A stretch of 63,989 nt of DNA, counting the filler, from Stramenopiles sp. TOSAG23-6 (taxonomy: Eukaryota): NCBI GenBank assembly GCA_900128565.1. It is 3 parts of 3 records of this genome, joined end to end, with 100 filler letters (N's around TTAATTAATTAA, not from the genome) between each part and the next. Parts side by side here need not be neighbours in the genome. Positions count along the whole stretch, not along the records: positions 1 to 24,307 come from LT636006.1; 2 more parts are not named here. The stretch is one strand, 5' to 3'. The notes under the pieces are model-generated. The model searched no databases. It saw only the letters and a program-made list of their open reading frames with translations, and was not told the DNA's origin. The number at the start of each line of letters is the position of its first letter. Within the stretch, counting starts at the first letter, position 1. Of this stretch, positions 1 through 13,700 are shown piece by piece. A program made the translations under genes and the position numbers.

Positions 1-45
1 CAAATTTAAGGTTTTTTTTTTTTCAAATATTTTTCCAAAATACAT
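1..45 (+). mobile_element. 3' end of introner-like intron (acceptor AT), truncated by window start
   Basis: AAATATTTTTCCAAAATACAT family terminus; the next exon starts GAG TTG GAA in the frame of ORF 49. Confidence 0.8.
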
Positions 46-1222
46 GAGTTGGAAGACCAAAGAATAAAACTAGAAAAAGGACTATTAGTCAGAAAAGAAA
101 AGCAACAAAAATTGTCAGAAGGTCAAATGTGTCTTGGTGAAGATGCTGTTGCAGTGCTTGATTCGAAAATTATTACCGCAAAACAAATTCTTGATTCTGG
201 GGAAAAGAAGATTAAAATGCTCCATGAAATTTCAAAGATTCTTCAATCTGGTATTAAAGATTAAAATGCTCCATGAAATTTCAAAGATTCTTCAATCTGG
301 TATTAAAGTCTTATATAATCAATTGTCGCCAGCTGATTACACCAATGATAATAATAAAGTACAAAAAATACCAGAAATTTCAAGACCTAGTACAGGTAGA
401 TCAAGACCTAGTACAGGTAGATCAAGACCTAGTACAAGTAGAAAAAGTGCTATCTCTAATGATATCACCAACGCAATACCATCTAAATCACGAGATCTCC
501 AACAAAATGAGACAAGAAAGGGAACAAAGAAAGATGTACCAAACCCTAATTCTCATTTATTACAAGTTAATCCTCCTTTAGAAATGCTTTCTAAACTTTT
601 AGGAATTATAGAATTTCGCATCAATGTTGTTGTAGGGGAATGCATATATCAGCAACAAGGAGCTGCCGAAAAACAAAGAGAAGAATTGATAATCGAACAA
701 AAACGATTCGAGGCAGAGGAAGCCCGAGAAAATTCAAAATATTCAAAATTAGGGATAGGTTCTAAACAAGCAAAAGTTCATTATAAAAAAAATAGTCATT
801 CATCAATAATAGGCATACGAAGTGATAAGAGTAGGAAAAAAGTAGAGAATTTTTCTACAATGTTTGGTTTCGATGGAGATAAAATGGAAAATATTGAAAA
901 TAAATCTACATTGGCTATGCCTCCGATTGATTTCATGCGAAGAGAAAAGTTTAAAGGAGTTCTGCCCAGACGTGCCGCTGAAATTGTACCCAAAAGATTC
1001 CTAAAACTCGTCACTCGAGGTCCAGATATTGAAAAGCGTGATATACAAGGTATTGCAAAAATTACGTCGAGTAAAATGATAGCTCAGCAAAATCTTTTGA
1101 ATAATTATCTNGATGAGCAAGCTTTGAGTAACTCACTTGTACCATTGTCTTTGAGTCAAATTAGAGAAGTCACAAAATCCTCATANGTAAAAATCAAAAA
1201 AGATATTCAAAATACAAGTTAA
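46..1222 (+). CDS. Terminal exon of an uncharacterised coiled-coil protein (5' part outside window); apparent frameshift at a 49-bp duplication
   Basis: ORFs 49-264 and 134-1222 become one frame if one copy of the 49-bp tandem duplication (211-308) is removed. Confidence 0.55.
382..440 (+). repeat. 21-bp coding tandem repeat (SRPSTGR, ~3 copies)
   Basis: tcaagacctagtacaggtaga repeated. Confidence 0.85.
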
Positions 1223-1363
1223 TGTATGTACGAAATATCCTAAAAGAAGAAAAACTATTGTGATGATAATTACTCGTGCAATCACAAAGCACCTTTATTT
1301 TAATTCCAAGAGTTNAATGATATATATATATAAAATTAGTTGAATATAAGTGTATCTCAAGCA

Positions 1364-1741
1364 TTAATCTTTTCTATTCCATGTCATTGTAGCTAAAATT
1401 TCAGCATCTTTGGGGTCTTGAACCATGACCAAATCCTTCATCTTCTGTTTACGTAAGACATGCAAACCAATCCATTCATCGTTCCAAGATTTCTCACCAT
1501 CTAGGATATATCCAAACACTGAATTCTCGAAATAAACACTTGTTGAAGATTTGTCTACTTTGAATGTGGCGTTGATGACTAATTGTGGGACAGGCTGTTG
1601 CCGTGTAGGTCTTGAGAAAACCACGGAAAATCGAACCTCATCAACAGAAGAAGAGCTTTCTTCAGGAACGCTATATTTATAAGTGGTACCGCTACTTTTC
1701 AAATATTCTTGTACACGCTCCAATGCACTAGATTTCTCCAT
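1364..1741 (-). CDS. AKAP14/AKAP28-like small protein
   Basis: 125-aa ORF; FSVVFSRPTRQQPVPQLVINATF resembles the AKAP28-family (W/F)SxPTRxxPIP motif (recognised from memory). Confidence 0.45.
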   Translation of the reverse strand: MEKSSALERVQEYLKSSGTTYKYSVPEESSSSVDEVRFSVVFSRPTRQQPVPQLVINATFKVDKSSTSVYFENSVFGYILDGEKSWNDEWIGLHVLRKQKMKDLVMVQDPKDAEILATMTWNRKD

Positions 1742-2120
1742 TTGTTTCTAATTTAACTATTTGAAATAGTATTGTAATTTACTCTAACTGCTTGAGCCTT
1801 GAGTAGTATCTTGCAAAGGTCATAAGTCAACTTTGTGACCGCGGCGTAACTGAAAACAAAAAAGGTACCTGGTACCCATCATTTTCACTGCATTTCAATG
1901 AAAATTTGAAATTTCTATGACAAACTTCTCTCGCAATGATTACTCATCAACACTTTGACGGAAAATAAAGTATATAGAAGAAATAAAATGACAAAAATAA
2001 ATATTTCATTCATTTTTTATAAAAAAAAATAAACGTTTAAAAAAGCCGCTTACATATAGCTCTCTAACACATATGAACAAAGCTGCCCACACATCCTCGA
2101 TGAACTCGAATAAAAAACAT

Positions 2121-4333
2121 TTATTCTGCTGATATAAATGGATCTTCCTCGTCATTATTGACATAACTACTAAATGCTCCAGAATCGATTTGATCTTGTA
2201 CTTGTAGTTCTTTCGCTTGATTCAAATCTGCAGTCGTCATTCCTACATTCGCTTTTAAATCAGCTGTGGATTTTTTTGACAGTGTTTGAAATGTATTATC
2301 AATTTTTATTGCATCCATTTTTTTTATACACTCTGAATCAACATTTTGTGGTTGTGTTGCCTTTGATTCTGTTTCACATTCTTTACCTACCTGAATCCAT
2401 AATTTATTAATAACATCATTTTCTACATCGACATCAACACCTTCTCGGCATACAATGTTCATCATTGCATCAATCATAGGTCGATCTGCTTCACGTAACA
2501 CAGGCCCCGCATTAGATTCAAACATCCAAACTTTTTTTTGAGGATCAAGCATAAAATCTAAACCCATTATCATGAAAGAAGATTTTTCAGGTAATGGTTT
2601 CACTTTCGTCCTCACTGTTTTAGCCAAAATATCAAAAATTTCAAGAACTTTCGGACGAGTTTCTTCCCATAGGTCCCATTCGGACAAAAGAAGGGAACGA
2701 TCTCGAGTAATTTGTACATCTCTATCTAAGTTCCAAGGTGAAAATTCAGAAATTGCAGTGACAAAGTAACCATCATTTATTGTGAAAACAAAATGTCAAA
2801 ATTCGAAATTTGTAAAAAAAATTTAATTGTTCGAATGAAAATGTCTCAACGTAGTAAAAAAAAAAAAAAAAAATCAAATTCAAATTCAAATTCAAATTCA
2901 AATTGAAGTGAACGATAAAAACATACGTGATACATATAAAAATCAACTCTTTCACAATTTCGCGGCGAGTGGAGTAATAAATATATACGCAAATGATGTT
3001 TACGATTATTCACTAAATATGGTAAAATCATGTTTTGTGAAAAAATATTTTTTTTTTTTTTTTTTTACAAAAAAATGTTCTATGAAAAAAGATAAATTTG
3101 AAATCAAATGATGATAGCATACATGGGTTGCACAACGTATGCATTCTCCTTTTCTGCAATCTCCATACATTTTGTGGAGTCTTTCAATAAAAATATCCCA
3201 GTCGAGTAATTTCGTAAAGTCTCCATCATGTATTTTGGAAAAATATTTCAAATTTGATTTTTTTTGTTAGGTATGAAATTTTGTACGAAAAAAAAAAATC
3301 CAAATTAAAAAAAAAAGTTTCAAATTGAAATAATGAAACGTACATGAACCAAACTGACTTTTCAGGATCACCGTCAGATCCAGGAGTCAATGCAGAAGGT
3401 GGGTCTCCCACCCATTTATTATCTCTAATATGCCAAGATGGTGGTGTAAATGGAAAATTTAATGTACCTAATTTTCCTTTATCTGTAATCCATTCATGGC
3501 CTGGAATATCAGCTACACATCGAGAATACACATGTATTGTGAAAAAAAAAAAAATTATAAAAAAAATCGTTAGGTACAAAATTTCGTACGAAAAAAAAAT
3601 CAATTTGAAATTCATGATGAAAATATACATGCTGATCACTGAAGTCTACAGAAACATTATGTAAAGGAGTGTATAATTGAGTCCCTTTCTTTGTTATAAA
3701 CCATTTCACAGAAGGATACTCGGACCATTGTTTACGTTTTGCTAATGCTGCACAGTACCATGGAGCGTGGCCTTCTTGTTTACAATACGAATAAAAAAAC
3801 TTTTTTCGATCTTTATCCGCCACAATTGTACTAAAGTTTTTCACCAATGCCAAATTGTCCGTCAAGTCTTTCAAGAGCTCAAATTGTTCCAATTCTATCT
3901 TACGTGCCATTTCTACTTTGCGCAATAGTTCTTCCTCCTTCAATTTAGATATCTTGTTCTCAATTTCTTTGACCTTGAGATCGCACCTGGCCACCTCAAG
4001 CTGGCAAGAGATACGTGATAGAGACGACGGTGGGGATGCGTTTAGCCTTGATAGCTTCAAGCGAGCTGCAGCAGTCTCTAAACGCCACGTTTGTGCCCAT
4101 GTTGATGCAATCTCTAGCTGTCGTTCCAAATTTTGGCGCTCTATTGTTATCTTTAGCTTCGCTCCGCGTCCAGCAGTCGTGTCGAGATCTTCTAATAACT
4201 CAAACTTTGAAGTAAAACCAGAAGTTGACCCACCAAAGCGACTCCGAACTTTTACATTCCCTTTTCTGCGAGCTTCGGAGTCTGCTGGTCCAGTCCTCTT
4301 CGATTCGGGTTTTGTGGCACTTGGGCCTGACAT
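2121..4333 (-). CDS. Tubulin-tyrosine-ligase (TTL/TTLL) family ATP-grasp protein with N-terminal coiled coil; 5 exons
   Basis: Removing 4 family introns joins ...YVVQPMILPYLVNNRKHHLRIYLLL...YMYHDGYF...FMIMGLDFMLD..KVWMFESNAGP, the TTL core motifs. Confidence 0.8.
2775..2926 (-). mobile_element. Introner-like intron GT-AT (152 nt, diverged, internal TTTGAA repeats)
   Basis: CAC|GTATGT...CACAATAAAT|GAT restores YMYH-DGYF. Confidence 0.75.
3030..3122 (-). mobile_element. Introner-like intron GT-AT (93 nt)
   Basis: AT|GTATGC...CACAAAACAT|G restores VVQPM-ILPYL; lacks the CCTAAC core. Confidence 0.8.
3228..3343 (-). mobile_element. Introner-like intron GT-AT (116 nt)
   Basis: AT|GTACGT...CCTAAC...CCAAAATACAT|G restores the frame. 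Confidence 0.85.
3532..3628 (-). mobile_element. Introner-like intron GT-AT (97 nt)
   Basis: CAT|GTATAT...GTACCTAAC...CACAATACAT|GTG restores SDQH-VYSR. Confidence 0.85.
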
Positions 4334-4722
4334 GTTCCTTTAACAGGAAAAGTATAAATTGAAGGAGAAAATTTGAGCAACAACAAATTCTGCAGCGATT
4401 TGATTCGAAATTCGAATTGCGGTTTTTGAGATTGACAGCGGTGCAAAAAAAGGGTACCTAGTAGCTAGGGTTAGGGTCAAAATAATAATAGTATTACATC
4501 TCGAGATCTGATCTGATCAGACAGTTACACTTGTTTGACACTTTACCTCTTCTATTATTATTACCTCTCATTGCTAAAAGATAGCAACAAGTGAATTGGA
4601 GAAGCGCATAAATCCCGTCGCGTTAGATCTTCATGAATACAAAAAAAATATAATAGAAGTAGCCGTTTATTAGTGGCAATGTATTTGTGGGATTTGGTGT
4701 AGCTTGCTGACAAGCACTGAAA

Positions 4723-7700
4723 ATGATTGTTACTGATGGAGTCTCCGCCAAGGCAGCTGCAACTAAACTAAAAGCCGGTATTAAAGATGTAGTGAATGGT
4801 GATGAAATAGTCGATTCTACTAATGATGCTTCGCAGAATGAATCATCAGGTCGTGTTAAGGTAACAATCATGGCAGGTCGTCATTTACCACGAGCTGACA
4901 AAAAATCGTCAGATCCATTTGTGGAGTTGTCACTCGGAAATCAAACTTTCACGACAAGTACAAAAATGAAAAATTTGAATCCTGTTTGGCAAGAAGAATT
5001 TGAATTCATTGTTTCAGACTGGAATACTCTACTTTCAACAGAAGTAAATATCGCCGTATATGATTGGGATTTAGTCGGAGGAAATGATTTGATGTGTACA
5101 ACAACTTTGGGAGACTTTGGTACTTTCAATGGAGATCCAATTCGAATGGAAGGATACAACCCACGACAACCTGTCGTTGGCCGCGAAGAATCACGCACTC
5201 TTCAACTCACTAATCGTACAAATGGTAAAGATAAAAATCAACCGGGGGGCATGTTGAGTGTACGGCTTTGTGTTTTTGGCTTTCCTGTTGAAGCTCCTGA
5301 TGGAACTAGTGGGAGTATCAAATCTATGCACGGTATTGACGAAGAAACTAGAAATAGACAATTAGCAAAATTAGCGAAAAACTTTAGTCCATCTGTTAGT
5401 AGTCTCAGAGGTACTTGCAATTGTTTCCTTGTAGGTGGGAATGATTTACCTCGGGCAGATAAAACGTCATCTGATCCATTTGTAGAATTTAATTTAGTAT
5501 ATACNGGTCAAAATACAGTAAATAAACGTAGAAAACAATGTTTTAAAAGTAGTAAAAAAAAGAAAAAGCTTAATCCCAACTGGGATGAGAATTTTGTTTT
5601 CGAATTTGAAGATTGGGATTCTTTAAGTAACTCGTACATTGAAGTAAAGGTTTATGACTGGGATCGTATTGGTAGAAATAAATTAATGGGGACAGCCTCA
5701 ATTATAGGACTAGATTTTATTGCAGGTAAACAGCTTCGAGCTGGTGGGCCTGAAAGTTTTGACAGAACTGAACCACTAGTTGGCGTAAATGATGTTCGAG
5801 TAATACAATTAGAAAACCATACCACGGGAGTTGACAAAGATGAACCAGGTGGTGAAATTAGTGTGAAACTCCGCGTTGAAGGATTTCCAACCAAGAAGCA
5901 AGTCAGTGAAGCTCTTCGATCAATTAGATTAGCAGAAGCAAAAGAAAGACGAGAAGCAAAGCGTAAAGAAGATGCTGAATTCGCACGAAATCTTATTGCT
6001 TTATCTGAAAAAAGCCAGGGATTTAAGATGCTCCGTAATTTCCGAAAAGAAGTAGAAAAGCGAAAACAAGCTAATATTGATTTAGCATGGGAACTCAAAC
6101 TTGAAACAGAAGGGCAGCAAAAGCAAATTCTCGAAAATGAACGAGCTGTGCGTGATAATTATGGTGATATGATTGAGCGTCTTAATCCTGATAAATTCCA
6201 TTGGTCATTGAAAGATGTTTTAGTTGAGTGTCTCATTGAAAAGAAAGCACCGAGTGTTGAAATGTTAAAACAATATTTTATAGATNGAGAAAGCATTGGT
6301 ATGCGGTATCAAGATATGTATGAGAAAGGACGTACTAGAACTGAACACCTCAAAGTACTGGCGGATCTTGAAAAGGAAAAATTAAATCGGAAGAATAGAA
6401 TCCGATTTTCCAAAGTTGCCGCGGAAGACGGCGAAGATAGTGGTGAAGACTGTGGTGAAGATGATGCTGGGAGAGAACTACATGAAGATAGAAAAGAAGT
6501 TGATGATTTAGAACAGAAATCTGGTGAGGCCGAGGAAGTGGAAGGAGATCCTAAAATTGCCGCAGCAAAAATTGCTTTATTGGAAGCTCAGGAAGCAGAA
6601 GATGAAGAAGCTATTGAAGAAGCAAAAAAGGTATTCGAAACTCTAGGTGTTCCTGTGCCAGGTGAGCTTACGTTAGCGCAGATATATGGAAGAACAGAGG
6701 AAGAACAACTTCGATGGGAAGAAAAAACTGCAATTCGATTTCTTGGTGGCATGAACAAAAATTATTATTGTGTCAAGCAATTAGTATCCCGATCACTTCG
6801 GCGCAAAACAAATATTACAATTAAATGGATGAAGCGAGAAAAGCGCAAGATTGATCGTGAAGAGAGTCGCAAGAAAACTGAAGCGAAACAAAAGGAGAGA
6901 CAAAGACTAAAACTTGTACAGACTGAAAAGAAGCAAAGGCATGAAAAACTTAGACGAGCTCGTAAAAAGTTGATAAGACGTGCACTAGGTGAGACCGAAG
7001 AAGAAGCCGAACAGGACAGTTACGATGAGTACTCTGCATCGGGATCTGATATCGAGGATATACTCGCAGATGCACAAGCAGTTGCCTTATCTGCGAAAGA
7101 TAATTTGATCCAATTATATGAAGAGTTTCATGCTGTTCAACTTTCTTTACATGATACCGTAGAGTCCAAAGAGGGTCCTTCATTGGATGAAGATGTAGTG
7201 ACACTCCAGAATCAAATGAAATCAAAGCTCCTAAAGCATGATATTGAAGCAGCCGAAGGTAATTTAAAAACTGTTGAAACAAAACTGCATAAAATTTGGC
7301 TGGCAAATAAGAAACTTGATTCTAGTGTNGATGAAAGTAAGCGCTTATCCAAAGATGGCGACGAAGATGAAGACAAAAACGATGAAACATATTTGAATTT
7401 GCGATCTGAAAATAATGATGATGATGAAGTAGCTATAGGGCAATCTAAAGAACCACACAATGGAAATGAAAATAAGAGAAATGAAAATGAAGAGAAAATT
7501 GACGCTCAGTTTCATGAAGATCAAAACCAGTCTGATTTATGCAATGATGGAAATGAAAGTATCAAGGATATTGATAAAGTTCCGAAAGATCACAAAAATA
7601 CTCAAGATGTAATACGTAACCTTTCTGGTATTCCAAGCACTGACTATACAAATATGTATATATCAAAACCTCGNGAGAAGAAACGTATTACAAAGCGAAG

Positions 7701-10700
7701 GCGTCGACGTAAGAAACGTGGCCGTTTCGCGAAAATTGCTACTCATGTTGGAGGCACCAAATATGCCCATGTAGAACGTGTTATTGTTGGGCGTCTAAAA
7801 AAAATGAAGGAGAGTGACAAGTATAAGGCCTTATTAGAAAAAGCCGCTGAGGCAAAAGCAAAAGCAAAGCAAAAAGCTATCGAGGTTAATCTCAGAGCAA
7901 AAGCAGCTGCAGCAGAAGCTAAACGGTTAGCAGAGGAGAAGCGCAAGGCAATGCGCGATTCTGAAACATATAAAGCTGCTATAGCAAAAGCTAAGAAAAC
8001 TCGAGCCTTAGCAAAACAAAAAGCCGCCGAAAGAGCACATGCTTCGTATAAGAAATCTAAAGAAGCAAAACATGTTGCCCGTATAAAAAAGATCACTTCT
8101 GCAAAGGACAAAGCATTGAGAAAAGAATCTAAAGCTGATACAAAGAAACTTAAAAATCTGCAAAATGCAATTCAAAACATTGAAAAGAAACGTGAACAGA
8201 CTAGACTTCAATTAAACTTGCTCAATGCTGAACCAACCAAAGAAGAGAAACTTGACGAAGAACTCGAACTAGATGCTATGGAGGAAGAAGATAAAACTGC
8301 ATACATTGAACAAAAACTAATCGAAAAGGCTGAAGAAAATGAAGAGTTGAAAGCCAGAATTGATTCTTTTGATGAGGAAATGATNTCTGCGAAGAAATGT
8401 ATTGATACATTCATTGCTACTTGTACTGCTCGTGATAAAAAGCGCCAGGAAGAAGAAGCTGCGATAGCAGCAAAGAAAGCCGAGGAAGCCGCTTTAAGTG
8501 GCAGGCTAAAACTTGAAATTTTGCGAGTATCTTCACTCCCATCAGTGAATGATAAAATCCTTGCAAATCCTTTTGTGGAAATCAAATACAAACCAAATTT
8601 AAATGAAGAGTCCTTATCAGAGTCCAAAAATAAACCCAAAGATGACATTCGGGATGTTCAAGAATTTCGAACTAAAATATTAACAGATACGACTAATCCA
8701 GAATACAATGAAACATTCGTTTTACATATAAAAGATTGGGATGCTCTATGTGCTGGAAAAATTGAAATACATATTTGGGACTGGGACATGATAAATAAAA
8801 ATAAGCTTCTGTGTACTGCCGTAATAGAAGATTTATCATTTCTTATGTCAGAAGAGAGACTTCCTATTAAGTCGAATGATGCAGATAAAGACGAACCTGT
8901 GTTGGATATATTAGATACGCGAACAATTGAATTTCATAATTCTGAGTCTACTTCATTAGAAATGAATAATAAAAACGCCAATGCAGATTTGAAAATAGGT
9001 GTACCCGAGAATGATACTGATGAAGCCGATAGTGAAAATAATAATATCAGTGATGAAGTCAAAAATGCGGACGAAAAGGCCAAAATGTACGTCAATCTCA
9101 CTGTATTTGGATTCCCAATGTCACAGTATAACAAGGTAATGGGTATAAGNGAAGAAATTCCTGAAGTAGAAACCAAACATGAATCAGATAAACATGTGGT
9201 TGCATTAGATATTGATGAAGCTGATACAAATATGTCTGCTGTAAAAAAATCTACAGAGATACACGATAAACTTTTACTAGAGCTGAATAGTGCTAAACAA
9301 ATGATGGATGCCGCCAATGAGAATTTAGAAGCGCAGAAATGTAAGCGGATTGCGAAGGAATCATTGTTGGAAGAAGCAACTAAACTCCTCGAAACTCNGG
9401 AAGATGAGGAGGAGAGACGTGATCAACAAAATTGCATTGAGGACTTAAAAACTGATCTCTTATCTCAAATAGAGAGTGAGGAAAGTAAAAGTGAAATTGT
9501 AAAACGTATGAAATCAGAATTAGTACTAGCAGAAGCTGCTTTGGCAGCAGAAGTAGACGCTCAGAAATCAACACAATCACTATATACATTAAATACATCA
9601 TTAGCCAAATCAAAAGAATCAAAATCTTCATTGTTCTGGGAAAAAGTCCAAAANAAATTCAAAAATGGACGAAGGCGTGGTGTCACTACAATTAAGTTGA
9701 GAAATGAGACACCATTAATAAAGGCAATACGAGCAAANATGAAGATTGTTAGGGAACACGAGCGTGTAATTAAACTTCAAAAGAAAATGAAAGAAGCTGT
9801 TGCTCAAATGCAAAATAAAGCTATTACAAAATTGCAAAACACCACAGCTGCTCGTCATGCACATACAGCAAAACAAATTACATTAGCTGCACATCAAGCT
9901 TTTATTCAAAGCAATGCCTACAAGTCAACAAAAGAGAAAGCACTTAGAATCAAAAAGCATTTAAATGACCCCGAGAAAAGAGCGGAGATGAAAGCAAAAT
10001 TAGAAGACAAACGAAGGATTCTCAAAGAGAGAACAGCAAAACTTAAACAAATGTTGCAGGAAAAGAAGGAGTTTACGATGGCCAAAGCAGTAGAGTTAAA
10101 GAAACAAATGGAGGATCGTAAACTTCGCTTGGCAGCAATGGGAAAAGAAGAGAGGAAGGCATTTTTAGCAAATGAAAAGGCCGAGAAGAAGGCCAATCGA
10201 TTAAAACGTGAAGTTGAAGATGAAAAATTACTTGAAGAAGAGAAACAAAGGAAAGATGCCGAAGAATGGAAGTTAATGCAAATGACTGAAGAAGAACAAA
10301 TGATTCATAAGGCAACACTTGAAGAAGAGAAAAAAATAAAACTTGAAGCAATGTCTACAAACGAACGCCAATCATACCTTTATGAAGAACAACAAAAAAA
10401 ACAGCGTTTGAGGAAAGCGAAGATGTGGGTTAAAGTAAGGCGCCACCGGCGAAATCTTGAAACCAGGGTATCAAGATTTAAAGAAACAATCCTGTCATTA
10501 AGAGATGCAGAAAAACGAGCACTACTTCTCGANGAAATGAGAGACCGAATGGCGGATGCTGCGGAAAAGAAGAAATTGGACCTCATCATTAAAGCCCGAC
10601 AGGCGAAAGAGCTTGCTACAAACAAAGAGAAGCGGAAGGAGTTGAAATTACTTGCAAAGAAACGAATGCGTGAAGCCAAAGAAAAAGCAATGGACAANGA

Positions 10701-13700
10701 CACACGACAACAAGGTTTTAATGTCTTGGCCAAACTGAAAACGAAGTTGTACAAAAAAGCATCCCAAGCAAAAAAGGCGGCAATGGCAACCAAAGCAGCA
10801 AAGAAAGCAATGGAAAAACTTGAGCAAGCACAGAAATCTGAAACATACCAGAAAGCCCTCGCTGCCGCAGAAGCNGCAAAAAAAAAGGCGATGGAATCGA
10901 GTGTAATGCAAAATGCAATGAACAGTGAAGCAATGCAGGCAGCATTAAAGTACAAGGAAAATGCAAAGCTAGACACCCAATTCAGGAAAAAAGAATCACT
11001 AAGTGTTCGACTGAAAAATATGGCAAAGAATAATATGGCAACTGAAGCCCTTTCCAAGCAAGTGTTCAAAATAAAGAAAAAGGCTGTTTCTTTGAAAGCA
11101 GATATTGATCGTGCCGCTGAAGAGCGCGGTCTAAAAGTTATTGTAGATTGGAAAGAAGATCCAATTGGTGCATCAAAGCATATTACACGACAAACTAGAG
11201 CTATAATTGAGAAAAAGTACGAGTGGTCAAAAAAATATCGCCAGCGTGTTAGCACTCTTCAGTATAAAGTTAGAATACTTCTTGCCATGAGGAAATTAAA
11301 TCTTTTGCGCCGAGATCATCAGAAACGAATGGAGTCTGCTGATTGGATCATTGCTCAATATCGACTTCGATTGACACGTCGTTTGATAGCAAAAAGTAGA
11401 CACCAAAAAAATGTAATGGCCAAGCGAATACAACGTTTAGCAATGATATTTTTGGGGAAACTACTTCATATACGATTATTCAGTATACGAGAAAAGGCAG
11501 TAGTGTGTATTCAAACTAGGGTACGTGTATTTTTAGCACGCCCTTTTCTAATGAGATGGAAGCAACGTAAACAATTTCAAAATTGTGTTTTCCCCGGATC
11601 ACGTATATTCCTACGTTCTTGTGATGGTTGTTACGTTCAACCAGAAGCACTCACTCGACGTATGATTGCAAAGCCGCCTAAAGAACAAAGATCTTTCTTT
11701 TGCCGTTTTTCAGTGGGTACATGCTATCGAAGATATCGACACTCATCTAGCATTGTGCTGAATGGAGATCCAATATCATTCAAGAGTCATCGAAGATCTT
11801 ATATATCATCCGCACCAAAGATATTTGGTCGATCGGGAGTGGAGAGGCGAGGTTGTCCTCGCGGGGGTATATTCGATAAAAGATTTTCTAGTGGTGTGCA
11901 TTTTGATTACAAAACAATGCAGACAACAAAAGTATTGACAGCAGCGAAGTACTTAGAATGGGATCAACCGGGAGATGGNCAATTATGGCGAATATATAAA
12001 GACCCGGCAGAAAGACATTCCCAGCCTCAAATAGTGAGTGGAGATTTGGTACTATTAATCAATGAAGAATCGCGCGAAGCACTTTCATGTGAAAATGGTG
12101 TACTTGGAACTATTCCTCTAACACGAGGAGCAAAATATTGGTGTTACTTCAATATAATTATTGAGGGTTATGAGAAAACAGGTGATGGTCGTATACTCGT
12201 AAGTAAAGCTAATCTTACAGCATCACTAGTAAATGAGATGAAGTTGGCTAAAATGCCCGGTACAACAACTTTCAGAAAGCGCTTATTTCGAATGGAAAGA
12301 AGTTTACAACCATTTGTACGTAGTAAGAGCTTTATCGCGCTAGAAAATGCTAGAACNAATCCTGGAATCCATGATAAAAGGGACGAGGAGGCCCGACGGG
12401 CCTTAAGGGAAGCCATAGATACATTTGATAAAACATTGCCAACTTTATTTCTTGGAGCTAGTCGCACATGTTCTATTTGTATTTTTAGTGATGGCACGGT
12501 TGAANTATGTAGTTTTGGAATTGATACAGAGACACAGAAGCAAGCAAGATTACAGAAAGAATTCCAAGAGTCATTAGAAGTTGTAACAGAAGACACAAAA
12601 AAAGCTAATGAATCCAATGAGTGGATATCTCTTCGTGATGCATGGGAAAAGGCCCGATCAGATGTTGCTAGTCATACTAAAAGCATAAAGAACTCTCGTA
12701 AATACAAAGATTTTATATTCAACCTCTCAGTAGCCCAGACCGACCTAGAAACGTTACACGAAGAAGAAACCAAAGCTAATGCCCGTATATTACACCTAAA
12801 GCGCGCTGTGGGAAATAGTACTAAGAAGAGTCGTTCTGTTTTACGAAAGGAAGCTCGTGAAGACAAGCTAAAATCTGAGCGAGNAACTAAGCGCGCCGAA
12901 CTACAAAAAATTATGAAAGAAAGTAAAGCTGCAATGGTAAATATGGTAGAAGGAGGAAGCGCGGTAAATATTCTTGCTGATAAAGTTCAAACATGCTTTG
13001 AACAAGTAAATGAATATATGTGTGCCCATCTTCTCGGCGTGAATAGGATTATGGATGAGTATTATGACCGGGCAAAAATACATGCTGAATGGCTTGAAAA
13101 ATCCTTAAAACACACAAAGACAATGAAATTTGAAATTGATAGAATTGGAATCAATTATGAGTATGGGTGCAAAGAAATCGCAGAATCAATTGTGTATGCG
13201 GCACCAACTGTTGGCTTCGATGGGGGGTTTTACATTCCAAAAAAATATCAAATATCTGATTCTTCAAGACATGTCATTGCACCACTAGCATCTCAGTGCA
13301 TTTTAGGGAAAATTTTGAGCGACGGTTCACTTCAACTCACAGGAATAAGAGAGCAATGGTCGCAAGAAGTTTTTCTTGATAGCAACAGTGTCAGAAAAGC
13401 AGCTGTGTGCCTGCAATGGAATCCACAGGAAAAGAAAAAAAGAAAAAAGAGACGAAAAAAGAAGCGGAATGGTAGAAATGGTAAAAACAAAAGTCCCAGA
13501 TCAAGGAAGCATTCAACAGATATTTCAACAGTATCTACAACGTCTTCAACACCTGAATCAATCTCACCGATACATAGCCCAGAGATACCTAAAAAATCTG
13601 CAATCATTCCTATTATTCCATCCAAAGAAGAATTAAAATGCTGGAGTCTTATTGAAGGTGCTATTGATGCCCAGAGTAAAGATAAAGATGGCGCTGGCAA

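Noticed and set aside
211-308. Programmed frameshift between ORFs 49 and 134
   Set aside because: It is explained by an exact 49-bp tandem duplication, most likely an assembly or overlap artefact.
2775-3628. Pseudogenes disrupted by MITE insertions, or ciliate-like DNA-eliminated sequences
   Set aside because: All intragenic copies are sense-oriented with a splice-donor consensus and host frames are otherwise intact, which favours RNA splicing. DNA excision is not formally excluded without reads.
10380-11255. Long antisense ORFs (also 45400-46041, 44038-44406, 26604-27155)
   Set aside because: They are shadows of K/E/A-rich sense genes and have no independent motifs.
5505-12885. Isolated N bases in the giant ORF as recoding or editing sites
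   Set aside because: These are single ambiguous base calls, probably heterozygous or population SNPs; the frame is unaffected.
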